The notes under the pieces were generated by a model that saw nothing but the letters and a program-made list of their open reading frames with translations, made no database searches and had not been told where the DNA came from. From positions 3,863 to 67,862 of the forward strand of contig CAJUSI010000010.1 in NCBI GenBank assembly GCA_910589035.1: a DNA stretch of 64,000 nucleotides, read 5' to 3'. Position numbers and translations under genes: made by a program. The DNA is from an uncultured Acetatifactor sp. GTDB taxonomy: Bacteria; Bacillota; Clostridia; Lachnospirales; Lachnospiraceae. Below are positions 29,250-38,464 of the stretch, piece by piece. Numbering within the stretch: the first letter of the stretch is position 1; each line of letters starts with the position of its first letter.

Positions 29250-30866
29250 ATGGCGGATTTATTTGAACAGATCACAGACGATTATATGCCCATGCTTTTG
29301 AACTGGTCTTACAAAAAGACGGGGGAAAGGGAAAGGGCGGAAGACCTGACCCAGGAGGTCCTTCTCCAGATCCTTTCTGCAATACGGAAAAGCCCGGTGG
29401 AGATTCAGGATGTGGAGCATTTTGTCTGGAAGATAGCTCATTATACCTGGTGCAATGAGCTGCGCAGCAAAATGCGGGGAAAGTGCTGTATCTCCATGGA
29501 GAATCTGCAGCTGGAGGACGGCAGGGACTTCGCGGCCGAGTACGCCGAACAGGAATACAGGCAGGAACTGACTGCCCGGATGAGGGAGAGAGTTTCCAGG
29601 CTGAGCTATCTGCAGAGGGAAATTATGATATCCTTTTACCTGGAGGGGAAATCCGTCCGTGAGATCGCGCAAAAGCATCAGATGACAGAGTCCGCTGTCA
29701 AATGGCATCTCTTTCAAACCAGAAAAAAGCTGAAAAAGGAGATTGGGATTATGGAAAATAAGGATTTCGTTTACAGACCGCACAAACTGCATATGGGGAT
29801 CAGCGGGCAGGCGGCTTCTATGGCTGCTGCGGATATTACCATGATAGATAACAGCCTCACCAAGCAGAATATCTGCATCGCATGTTACAGACAGTCTAAA
29901 ACGGCGCAGGAGCTGGCGGAACAGCTGGGGATTCCCATGGCATATATTGAGAGCGACCTGGAATGGCTGGTGGAGAGGGAATTTGTCGAAAAGGAGGCTT
30001 CCGCCTATTCAGCTTCCTTCCTGATTGAAGGACTGGCGGATACGCAGGCAAAATATGCAGTCTATCTGAAGCACAGGGAGGCGCTTTCGGATGTTATTCT
30101 GGAAGGGCTGACGAAGGCGGAGGAGGCTGTCAGGGCCATCGGCTTCCACGGAAGCGACGGAGCCTATGACAGACTGCTGTGGATGCTGATCTATCAGTTT
30201 GCGATCCGGCTGAGGATTCCGTATCCGGATTTTGAACGTCCTGCCAGGATGGACGGAGGGAAATATCTCCCCCTGGGCTTTGACAGCTTCGATGACGGAA
30301 CCGTGCCGAAGGTTCTCGACACCGGCGGCTGGGCTTATAACGGCAGCATGCAGAACGATAATTTCACCTGGTTTGGCATGTACAATTTCGGACACTCCGA
30401 GATAGAGGATATGATGGACGCCTGCGACCCGCAGATGCAGAAGCTGCACGGGATGCTGTGCGAAATCCTTCACTCAGATTATGATATTTCCGGTTATGAC
30501 GAACAGAAGCGGTTTACCCTGGCTCAGCTGGCCCAGAAAGGCTTCGTGAGGGTGGAAGGAAAGCGGGCAATTCCCAATTTCTGTGTTTTCACAGAGGAAC
30601 AGTACGCAAGGCTGCAGGAAGAGGTTTTTGATCCCATAGCCGCAAAGCTGGAAACGGTAACCCGGTTGCTGGTGGCCGACCTGGAGGAATGCTGCAGGGG
30701 AAGGCTGCCCGGGCAGCTGAAATATCTCTACAAGGCGTCGGTGGCGCTGGCCCTGGGCGATATCGGTTATCTGACCACGTTTTTCGCCTTCCAGGAGGGA
30801 AAGCTTTACAGGCCCGCCGACACTCACGACGGGGAATTCCTGACATTGGTGTATGTCCGCAGATAA
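29250..30866 (+). CDS. ECF sigma-70 factor with a long C-terminal extension
   Basis: AEDLTQEV region 2; region 4 SVREIAQKHQMTESAVKWHL; second HTH TAQELAEQLGIP. Confidence 0.85.
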   Translation: MADLFEQITDDYMPMLLNWSYKKTGERERAEDLTQEVLLQILSAIRKSPVEIQDVEHFVWKIAHYTWCNELRSKMRGKCCISMENLQLEDGRDFAAEYAEQEYRQELTARMRERVSRLSYLQREIMISFYLEGKSVREIAQKHQMTESAVKWHLFQTRKKLKKEIGIMENKDFVYRPHKLHMGISGQAASMAAADITMIDNSLTKQNICIACYRQSKTAQELAEQLGIPMAYIESDLEWLVEREFVEKEASAYSASFLIEGLADTQAKYAVYLKHREALSDVILEGLTKAEEAVRAIGFHGSDGAYDRLLWMLIYQFAIRLRIPYPDFERPARMDGGKYLPLGFDSFDDGTVPKVLDTGGWAYNGSMQNDNFTWFGMYNFGHSEIEDMMDACDPQMQKLHGMLCEILHSDYDISGYDEQKRFTLAQLAQKGFVRVEGKRAIPNFCVFTEEQYARLQEEVFDPIAAKLETVTRLLVADLEECCRGRLPGQLKYLYKASVALALGDIGYLTTFFAFQEGKLYRPADTHDGEFLTLVYVRR

Positions 30867-30913
30867 CAATCCGAATGGGGAACCGCCGGTTTCCGACAGA
30901 TTTCGGGAGACTA

Positions 30914-31013
30914 TAATATATACTGCTAAACGATTTCACATGCCGTGAAACCAGACTGCAAACGCTGACTGGTTCAATCGCATGATTATATCATGCAGCG
31001 TTATGCAGTATAA
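30914..31013. repeat. ~100-bp structured repeat, left copy flanking hicAB
   Basis: TAATATATACTGCT...GTGAAACCAGACTGCA...CAGCGTTATGCAGTATAA; near-identical to 31842-31949. Confidence 0.9.
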
Positions 31014-31016
31014 TAA

Positions 31017-31057
31017 GGAAGCCGATGCCAAAGGTTAACGCCATGGCATTGGCTTCC
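31017..31057. terminator. Hairpin downstream of hicB, possible terminator
   Basis: GGAAGCCGATGCCA...TGGCATTGGCTTCC. Confidence 0.5.
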
Positions 31058-31064
31058 ATTCATT

Positions 31065-31442
31065 CTACGATGAAATTTTTGAAATCAGTGCTTCCTGCAA
31101 AATCTTGGAAAAGTTCAGCCCCATGGATACTGCGCGGTCATTCAGCCATGATGGAATGGTCAAGGTTTTCTTGACGGCTTTTGTGTCCTTATACTGGTTA
31201 ATATCGCAGGAAACAAGTGTTACAAAACCATCTGCCGGATGAAAGGATGAAATATCGGAAGGAGAAGCGATAGTATCACCGTGCTCCAATAATGACAAAA
31301 GATATCCGGTAAGGGCTTCCTGTGCCATCTCCATAGATTCCGGAATAGTGGAACCATATGTGTTGCAGCCTTTCAGGTCTGGAAATTCCACCCAGTAGGA
31401 TTCATCTTCCTGGTGAAAGATGGCAGGATATACGAATAACAT
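31065..31442 (-). CDS. hicB: HicB-family antitoxin
   Basis: YPAIFH, YWVEFPDLKGC, KAVKKTLTIPSWL, NFSKILQEAL. Confidence 0.92.
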   Translation of the reverse strand: MLFVYPAIFHQEDESYWVEFPDLKGCNTYGSTIPESMEMAQEALTGYLLSLLEHGDTIASPSDISSFHPADGFVTLVSCDINQYKDTKAVKKTLTIPSWLNDRAVSMGLNFSKILQEALISKISS

Positions 31443-31480
31443 AACAAAACCTCCTTGCTTTTTGGTTCAAAAAGGCAGAA

Positions 31481-31657
31481 CTGTTTCAGCCCCGCATCTT
31501 TTAAGATTTGTTGCAGCAGACCGGTAGGAACATCTTTACCATGCACGGGAACCGAAAGGGTTATACCCTCTTTTCTAAAAATATGGTGGCTTCCGTTAAT
31601 CCTGTCAAGCGTCCAGCCATTTTTCTTTAAGAGTTTAATAAGATCCCTGTCTTTGAT
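31481..31657 (-). pseudogene. hicA: HicA-family toxin with ATC at the start position and CAG where the stop is expected
   Basis: Hand translation (I)KDRDLIKLLKKNGWTLDRINGSHHIFRKEGITLSVPVHGKDVPTGLLQQILKDAGLK; AGGAG RBS upstream. Confidence 0.85.
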
Positions 31658-31679
31658 GCCTCATCTCCTTACATAAATA

Positions 31680-31708
31680 ACGATAACACGTATAGGGCGT
31701 ACTGTCAA
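31680..31708 (-). promoter_or_regulatory. SigmaA promoter of hicAB
   Basis: TTGACA-N17-TATCGT with extended TG. Confidence 0.6.
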
Positions 31709-31761
31709 GAGGGGGCTTACTTTTATATCAAATCCCTTTACTTTCCATGGGATTCCCCCTA

Positions 31762-31841
31762 TAATAGAACTTGGATTACAGGGTTCGCGAAGCGGTTCCT
31801 GTAATAGAACTTGGATTACAGGGTTCGCGAAGCGGTTCCTG
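31762..31841. repeat. Perfect 40-bp tandem duplication; each unit forms a hairpin
   Basis: TAATAGAACTTGGATTACAGGGTTCGCGAAGCGGTTCCTG x2. Confidence 0.92.
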
Positions 31842-31949
31842 TAATATATACTGCTGAACGATTTCATTTGCCGTGAAACCAGACTGCATAACGCTGACTG
31901 GTTCAACCGCATGATTGCAATAGGCAGTATTCAGCGTTATGCAGTATAA
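31842..31949. repeat. ~108-bp structured repeat, right copy flanking hicAB
   Basis: Direct repeat of 30914-31013; its last 28 bp recur at 48833-48860. Confidence 0.9.
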
Positions 31950-31999
31950 CTTATGACAGAGCAAACGGCAGAGAGTACAGACCGGAAAGGATGGGCAGT

Positions 32000-32770
32000 A
32001 TGAAACAAAAACAGACGGCGGCGGTACTTTCCCAGCGTGAGATTGCTGCGGATATCTATGACATGTGGATAGGGACCTCACTGGCCGCGGAGGCGCGGCC
32101 GGGGCAGTTCCTCTGCATTTACCCCAAGGACAGGAGCACCCTGCTTCCCAGACCCATCAGCATCTGCGAAGCGGACCGGGAGAAAAAGGCGCTCCGCATC
32201 GTCTACCGCATCGCGGGAGCGGGCACCAGGGAATTCTCGGGCTACAGGCAGGGGGATACCGTCTCCATACTGGGGAACCTGGGCAATGGCTTTCCCCTGG
32301 AGGAAGGCAGGGGGAAAAAGGTTTTCCTCATGGGAGGGGGTATCGGAATCCCGCCCATGCTGGAGCTGGCGAAGCGGCTGGAGGCCGAAAAGCAGATCAT
32401 CCTGGGTTACCGGAACGGGGAGCTTTTTCTCAAAGAGGACCTGGAAAAATACGGCAGGGTCTACGCGGCCACCGAGGACGGTAGCGCGGGGACAAAGGGC
32501 AATGTGATGGATGCGGTCCGGGAGAACGGCCTTACGGCGGAGGTGATCTATGCCTGCGGGCCCATGCCCATGCTAAGGGCCATTAAGGCCTATGCGCAGG
32601 AGCATCATATCAGGGCCTATCTTTCCCTGGAGGAGCGCATGGCCTGCGGTGTGGGCGCCTGCCTGGGCTGTGTGGCGAAGACAAAGGAGATAGATTCCCA
32701 TTCCCATGTGCACAATGCGCGCATCTGCACGGACGGGCCTGTGTTTGAGGCCCGGGAGGTGGAGATATAG
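32000..32770 (+). CDS. pyrK: Dihydroorotate dehydrogenase electron transfer subunit
   Basis: LPRPISI, GGGIGIPP, MACGVGACLGC...CTDGPVF. Confidence 0.93.
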   Translation: MKQKQTAAVLSQREIAADIYDMWIGTSLAAEARPGQFLCIYPKDRSTLLPRPISICEADREKKALRIVYRIAGAGTREFSGYRQGDTVSILGNLGNGFPLEEGRGKKVFLMGGGIGIPPMLELAKRLEAEKQIILGYRNGELFLKEDLEKYGRVYAATEDGSAGTKGNVMDAVRENGLTAEVIYACGPMPMLRAIKAYAQEHHIRAYLSLEERMACGVGACLGCVAKTKEIDSHSHVHNARICTDGPVFEAREVEI

Positions 32771-32939
32771 ACAACTCCCCGGAAGCTTTCGGAGAAAATA
32801 TCGGTTCCTGATCCGGATTATTCGAAGGGAATGATTCAGAGATACGGAAATCTTAAGTGGTCTGGAAAATCTGGCTGAGAGATTCCAGGAGTAAATTTAG
32901 AAAGACTATGCGCGCCGAAGCGCGCAGGGAGGTATCACA

Positions 32940-33848
32940 ATGAATACAGAGGTAACGCTGGCGGGAATTACTCTGAAAAACCCGGTTATGACGGCTTCCG
33001 GGACCTTCGGATCCGGCATGGAATATTCGGAATTCGTGGATTTGAACAGGCTTGGGGCGGTGGTGACCAAGGGCGTGGCAAATGTGCCCTGGCCCGGCAA
33101 TCCCACTCCCAGGGTGGCGGAAGTATACGGGGGTATGCTCAATGCCATCGGGCTGCAAAACCCCGGCATCGACGTGTTCCTGGACCGGGATATTCCTTTT
33201 CTGAAGCAGTACGATACCAGAATCATCGTCAATGTCTGCGGCAGGACGGTGGAGGACTATGTGGAGGTGGTGGAGCGCCTGGGAGAGGAAGAGGCGGTGG
33301 CCATGCTGGAAATCAATGTGTCCTGCCCCAATGTAAAGGAAGGAGCCATTGCTTTCGGCCAGGATCCGGCGGCGCTGCTTCGCATTACGCGGGAGATCAA
33401 GCGCCATGCCAGGCAGCCGGTGATCATGAAGCTCAGCCCCAACGTGACGGATATCGCTCTGATGGCGAAGACCGCCCAGGAAGGGGGAGCGGATGCAATT
33501 TCCCTGATCAATACCATCACCGGAATGAAAATCGATATCCACAGAAGGAAATTCGTCCTTGCCAATAAGACAGGCGGCATGAGCGGGCCCGCCATCAAGC
33601 CCGTGGCGGTGCGCATGGTATACCAGGCAGCCCGGGCGGTGGAGATTCCCGTCATCGGCATGGGCGGCATTGCCAGCGGGGAGGACGCGGTGGAATTCCT
33701 TCTGGCGGGCGCCAGCGCGGTCAGCGTGGGGGCCATGAATTTCGTGAATCCCCATGCTACCCTGGAGGTGGCGGAGGGAATCGAGAGATACATGGAGAAA
33801 TATCATGTGGAGAACGTGACCGACCTGATCGGCGCTGTGGAGGAGTAA
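32940..33848 (+). CDS. pyrD: Dihydroorotate dehydrogenase (class 1B catalytic subunit)
   Basis: TASGTFG, NAIGLQNPG, EINVSCPN, KLSPN, GGMSG. Confidence 0.95.
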   Translation: MNTEVTLAGITLKNPVMTASGTFGSGMEYSEFVDLNRLGAVVTKGVANVPWPGNPTPRVAEVYGGMLNAIGLQNPGIDVFLDRDIPFLKQYDTRIIVNVCGRTVEDYVEVVERLGEEEAVAMLEINVSCPNVKEGAIAFGQDPAALLRITREIKRHARQPVIMKLSPNVTDIALMAKTAQEGGADAISLINTITGMKIDIHRRKFVLANKTGGMSGPAIKPVAVRMVYQAARAVEIPVIGMGGIASGEDAVEFLLAGASAVSVGAMNFVNPHATLEVAEGIERYMEKYHVENVTDLIGAVEE

Positions 33849-34096
33849 AATCCAATGCCTGAATCAGCGGTGGTGAGGTTCAACGTGTTACAGCAAAGAT
33901 TGTGGAAGGGCAGTCATTTTCCGACAGTTCCTTACGGAATGCTGTATCTGACAGATTGAGCATTTCATCAGTTCAACAAAAGCAAGGATAGAAAGCACAA
34001 GTTCCTGACAGCCGGACTAACCGGAAGAAGACTGCGCGGCGGGCATAAACTTCCGAATAGCTTCATATATATTTTTATACGAGTATATATGGAGGT

Positions 34097-35653
34097 ATGA
34101 TTGTGGAGCTGATAAAGAGAAATATACATATGGACCGCGTCCGAACCCAGGCGGTCATGCAGTTTACTCTGGAGGATGATGTCAATATTCCGGAGAATAA
34201 GCCGGATGTGGCAGCGCTGAATCTGGAAAAAGGGGAGCTTGTCATCGACGAGATCAGGCCGGCGACAGATTCGGTCACTGTCCGGGGGAGACTGTGCTTT
34301 GTGGTGCTCTATCACACTCTGGAGGAGGGAAGTAATCTGGTGGTGCTGGAAGGGAAGCTCCCCTTTGAGGAAAGGATCAACATGCAGGGGGTGACTCCTG
34401 CGGATACGGTGACAGTGGACGGGGAGGTGGAGGACATCACTGTCAACATGATCAATTCCCGGAAGCTGAACATTCAGTCCCTGGCCACCATGTCGGCAAG
34501 GGTGGAGGAGCTCTATGACGAGGAGGCGCCCATTGCCATTCACGGGGACGAGAAGGTGGAATACCGCCGTATGCCCCTGAATCTGACCCAGATCGCCATC
34601 TGCAAGAATGATATTTTCCGGCTCAAGGAGGAAGTGGCCCTTCCCTCCAATTATCCCAATATTTTCCAGATCCTGTGGAGCAATCTTTCTCTGGGGGATG
34701 TGGAATTTAAAGTGATGGAAGAAAAGCTTACGATTTCGGGGGATATCCATCTCTTTGTACTGTATGAGGGGGAAGGGGAGGAGCACCCCTGCCGGAGCTT
34801 TGAAACTACCATTCCTTTCAGCGGCGTTCTGGAGTGCCATGGCTGCAGGGAGGGAATGCTGCCGGATATCCGATATCGGCTGGGGCAGCAGGAACTGACG
34901 GTGCGTCCCGATTTTGACGGGGAGGAGAGATGCATCGCCCTGGAGCTGGTGCTGGATATCGGCATTCGGATTTATGAGGAGGAAAGGCTGGAAATCATAT
35001 CCGATATATACGGGGTATCCAAGGAGATTGACACGGTGTCCCACAGGGCCGATCTGCGCAGGCTGCTTTCCCGGGTGACAGGGAAGACGAAGGTGACCGA
35101 TCATATTCATGTGGACGGGGGCACGGTGATGCAGCTGCTGCACAGCGAGGGCTCCGTGAGCCTGGAGCAGCAGGGAACCGTGGAGAACGGAATTTCGCTT
35201 CAGGGCAGTGTGCTGATCAAGGTGATGTACATTACAGGGGAGGACGAGGCGCCTTACGGCAGTACCCAGGCCCAGATTCCCTATCAGTATACCCTGGAAG
35301 TGCCGGATATCGCGCCGGAGGACATGGGAGCGGTGCATGCGGAGGTGGAACAGCTTCAGGTGACCATGCTGGACGGGGAGGAGATGGACGTCAAGGCGGT
35401 CTTAAGCTTTTCCACGGTGGTATTCAAGAACGTGCCTGTTGAGCTCATCAGCCAGGTGAATGTGAGCGAGCTGGACAGCGGCAAGATGAGCAGTCTGCCG
35501 GGCATAGTGGTCCATATGGTAAAGGCGGGGGATAATCTGTGGAATATCGGGAAGAAATACTATGTGCCCGTGGACTCCCTGAGAGAACTGAATTCCCTTG
35601 ACAGCGATGAACTGAAGACAGGGCAGAAGCTCCTCATAGTAAAGGGCGGATGA
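34097..35653 (+). CDS. SPOCS (DUF3794) repeat plus LysM spore coat assembly protein, SipL-like
   Basis: Three repeats of D..IP..KPD/LP..YPNI type; C-terminal LysM VKAGDNLWNIGKKY. Confidence 0.82.
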   Translation: MIVELIKRNIHMDRVRTQAVMQFTLEDDVNIPENKPDVAALNLEKGELVIDEIRPATDSVTVRGRLCFVVLYHTLEEGSNLVVLEGKLPFEERINMQGVTPADTVTVDGEVEDITVNMINSRKLNIQSLATMSARVEELYDEEAPIAIHGDEKVEYRRMPLNLTQIAICKNDIFRLKEEVALPSNYPNIFQILWSNLSLGDVEFKVMEEKLTISGDIHLFVLYEGEGEEHPCRSFETTIPFSGVLECHGCREGMLPDIRYRLGQQELTVRPDFDGEERCIALELVLDIGIRIYEEERLEIISDIYGVSKEIDTVSHRADLRRLLSRVTGKTKVTDHIHVDGGTVMQLLHSEGSVSLEQQGTVENGISLQGSVLIKVMYITGEDEAPYGSTQAQIPYQYTLEVPDIAPEDMGAVHAEVEQLQVTMLDGEEMDVKAVLSFSTVVFKNVPVELISQVNVSELDSGKMSSLPGIVVHMVKAGDNLWNIGKKYYVPVDSLRELNSLDSDELKTGQKLLIVKGG

Positions 35654-35677
35654 TGGGGGGGCACACCGTTTGTTCCT

Positions 35678-35721
35678 GCCGCTGAGGCGGCATCCGCTGA
35701 GGCGGCATCCGCTGAGGCGGC
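35678..35721. repeat. 15-bp tandem hairpin repeat x3
   Basis: CCGCTGAGGCGGCAT units. Confidence 0.85.
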
Positions 35722-35736
35722 AGGACGGAAAAGCAG

Positions 35737-35798
35737 GCGCTTAAGGCCGAAACTATGCATAAAACCGAAATATTTTGGTTCCGAATTGCCCGGGTCAG
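35737..35798 (-). repeat. 62-bp dispersed repeat, inverted copy
   Basis: Reverse complement CTGACCCGGGCAATTCGGAACC...TTTCGGCCTTAAGCGC aligns without gaps to the 59728 copy. Confidence 0.7.
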
Positions 35799-35890
35799 GG
35801 CATAAAAATGGCTTTCATTCCAAAGGGAAGTGAAAGCCATTCGTGTATTTACCTTATTATAGCTGAAGCGACTCGTTTGCGGCGCTCTCA

Positions 35891-36559
35891 TTATTTGAAG
35901 GGAGTCTCCTCCTCGGAAGCGGCGGCCGTTTCCTTCTGCGCCTCCTCCTTCATTTTGTCAAACTTTTCCATGACGGCGTCATAAGTACGCTGGGAAATAT
36001 CGGGAAGGGAACCGCCCCAGGTCTTTCCCGCTTTTTTGAAGCCCTTTTCGAAAGCGGCGCGCATATCTTCAATTTTGTCCGGATCGCCGCCGGTCAGTGC
36101 ATTGGCAAAATCGATGATTCTGTCGGAAGTCTTCTCAACACCCCAGTACCCGTCCTCGGCAATGTCGGCCTGTGCCTGTGCTTTGGTGGCAGGATCCACG
36201 GTATAATTGCCGCTTCTTAAAAAGGACCAGATATCATTGGCCTTGCCGTAGGCATCTGCCTGCCCGGTCATCATCTTCTCCACCAGGCTGCGCAGCTGCG
36301 CCGTCCTTGCGTCTGCATCCGCTTTCAGCTTGTTGATCAGATTTGTGTCAGGCTTATAGGTCTTTGTCGTGGAAGCGGAAGCTTCCTTGGAAGGCACATA
36401 TACAACGCCTGCATCGCCGTTTTCCGTTTTGGCACTCTCCGTTTTGGTATTTTCGGTTGTGGTACTCTCACTTGCGTTTGTCTCTTTTTTTACATTTTCT
36501 GCAGCGGAATAACTGTAGGCGGCTGCCGCCTGATTTGATGTAACTCCGTTTACACTCAT
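35891..36559 (-). CDS. Conserved hypothetical protein (DUF5610-like)
   Basis: AGGAGG RBS; IAEDGYWGVEKTSDRIIDFA...GG motif. Confidence 0.65.
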   Translation of the reverse strand: MSVNGVTSNQAAAAYSYSAAENVKKETNASESTTTENTKTESAKTENGDAGVVYVPSKEASASTTKTYKPDTNLINKLKADADARTAQLRSLVEKMMTGQADAYGKANDIWSFLRSGNYTVDPATKAQAQADIAEDGYWGVEKTSDRIIDFANALTGGDPDKIEDMRAAFEKGFKKAGKTWGGSLPDISQRTYDAVMEKFDKMKEEAQKETAAASEEETPFK

Positions 36560-36642
36560 AGTATCCTCCTTCTGACGAATTGTCGTTTTCCGTCCCCGCC
36601 GGATTTGGGCAGGGGATATCATCCATGATATTTCTGCTCTTT

Positions 36643-36671
36643 ATTTCGGCAGGGAAGCGGGAAATGTTTAG
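36643..36671 (-). promoter_or_regulatory. Possible sigma28/SigD promoter
   Basis: CTAAA-N16-GCCGAAAT on the minus strand. Confidence 0.45.
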
Positions 36672-36801
36672 CGTTCCGGCATATATTTATGGGAATTTCT
36701 GCCGGCGGGGACGGAGGTCTCTGATCTGCGTTCTGTGTAAGCGGAGGATGGGGAATTGCGGGCAATTGCTCCGGCAGGCTAAAGTGCAGTCTCTGTGAGG
36801 G

Positions 36802-37016
36802 CAGGAAAAAGCCTGTCGGCAGGGAGCTCAAGGACGCAGCCGGACAGAAAAAAGCCTGTCGGCAGGGAGCTCAAGGACGCAGCCGGACAGGAAAAAGCCT
36901 GTCGGCAGGGAGCTCAAGGACGCAGCCGGACAGAAAAAAGCCTGTCGGCAGGGAGCTCAAGGACGCAGCCGGACAGAAAAAAGCCTGTCGGCAGGGAGCT
37001 CAAGGATGCACCCGGG
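36802..37016. repeat. 43-bp tandem repeat x5, no spacers
   Basis: CAGRAAAAAGCCTGTCGGCAGGGAGCTCAAGGACGCAGCCGGA. Confidence 0.95.
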
Positions 37017-37443
37017 CAGGAATGCGCCGCTCGAGGGTGATCTCAAGAGTACAGTCGGAAAAGGGAAGGCCATCCGCCGTAAGGGAATATTCCGCTCTGA
37101 TAACCGTGAGTCCGTGCAGGGAGGAAACCTCCAGGGCATGCGTGCGGACGCCTATTTGCAGACGGCCATAGGGGGTGAAGTAATCGGAGGGATGCTCCCT
37201 CCCCGCTTCAAAGATCATATGGGTGTTCACGGCCCCGCGCCTTGTCAATTCCAGGACGGAGCCCTTCAGCTTCAGGGTGTTTTTCACGGCAGCACCCAAT
37301 TCCTGCTGCATTTCTTCGTACAAAAGATAGACGCTGCCGTTTTTTTCATAATATTCTGCCGCGGCACAGGTCCTGGTAATATTTTCCCCGCCCGCTTCAT
37401 CCCGCTGTATCCCGGTCAGGCTAAGCTTCACGGTTTCTGCCAT
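37000..37443 (-). CDS. DUF1934 (YwiB-like) protein
   Basis: YLLYEE...LTRRGAVNTHMIFEAG...YFTPYG; AGGAG RBS. Confidence 0.8.
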   Translation of the reverse strand: MAETVKLSLTGIQRDEAGGENITRTCAAAEYYEKNGSVYLLYEEMQQELGAAVKNTLKLKGSVLELTRRGAVNTHMIFEAGREHPSDYFTPYGRLQIGVRTHALEVSSLHGLTVIRAEYSLTADGLPFSDCTLEITLERRIPARVHP

Positions 37444-37609
37444 CTCTTTCTGCTCCTTTTGTATATTCGCGAATAACAGCGCGCTGCCCGGACAGGCCGC
37501 AGTGAAAATCTGCCGCCGCAGAGTACGGTGGACCTGCGGAAAAGCCGCCATTCGGCCAGTCTGCCGCGCCTGCCCTGCAAAGGATGTGTGGGGACAGGAG
37601 GCATGGGAA

Positions 37610-38464
37610 TCAGTAAGCGTCGATATGAATCGACTTGGCGGAAAGGATTCCGTATTTGATAATGGAATTGGCAAAGCTGACGAATTTTTCCGCCTTGTCA
37701 CTGACATAGAACTGGTAGCGGTTGCCGCCGAGTGCGGGAGGCTCTTCGCACAGCAGATCGTACCCGGCAAGCAATTCCTTCAGCTCCCTTGCGGTTTCGT
37801 AGGCGGGATTGACCAGGGTGACTCCTTCGCCCATGATCTTTCTTAAGGTGGAGCGGATCAGGGGGTAATGGGTACATCCCAGAATCAGGGTGTCAATGTC
37901 AATATCAATAAGCTCTGTCAGATATCTCCGGGCGATTTCATCCGTTACGGGATCCTCCAACAGTCCTTCCTCCACCAAGGGCACGAACAGGGGACAGGCC
38001 TTTTGGTAAATGGTTACATTTTTCTTTAATTCCTGTATGTATTTGGGATAGATCCGGCTGCCCACGGTGGCCTCCGTGGCAATCAGGCCGATCCGGCCGT
38101 TTTTCGTCACCTCCGCAGCCACTCTGGCTCCCGGCTTTACCACACCGATCATGGGAATATCAGATTCTTTCTCCAGAACATCCAGGGCATAAGCGCTGGC
38201 GGTGTTGCAGGCCACTACAATGGTCTTCACCTGGAAGGTATTTAAGAAGCGGACAATCTGCCCGGAAAAACGGGTGACGGTTTCCCTGGATTTACTTCCG
38301 TAGGGAACGCGGGCAGTGTCCCCGAAATAAATAATTCTTTCATTGGGGATCTGGCGCATGATTTCTCTCACTACAGTAAGACCGCCCACACCGGAGTCAA
38401 ATACTCCGATGGGGGCATCCTTATTTAACAGCTCCCGTTTTATGTCTGGTTTATTTTCTGCCAT
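37610..38464 (-). CDS. murI: Glutamate racemase
   Basis: FDSGVGGLTV, PYGSKS, ACNTAS, LGCTHYP. Confidence 0.95.
   Translation of the reverse strand: MAENKPDIKRELLNKDAPIGVFDSGVGGLTVVREIMRQIPNERIIYFGDTARVPYGSKSRETVTRFSGQIVRFLNTFQVKTIVVACNTASAYALDVLEKESDIPMIGVVKPGARVAAEVTKNGRIGLIATEATVGSRIYPKYIQELKKNVTIYQKACPLFVPLVEEGLLEDPVTDEIARRYLTELIDIDIDTLILGCTHYPLIRSTLRKIMGEGVTLVNPAYETARELKELLAGYDLLCEEPPALGGNRYQFYVSDKAEKFVSFANSIIKYGILSAKSIHIDAY

Noticed and set aside
36802..37016. CRISPR array
   Set aside because: Units are contiguous and identical with no unique spacers, and there are no cas genes in the window
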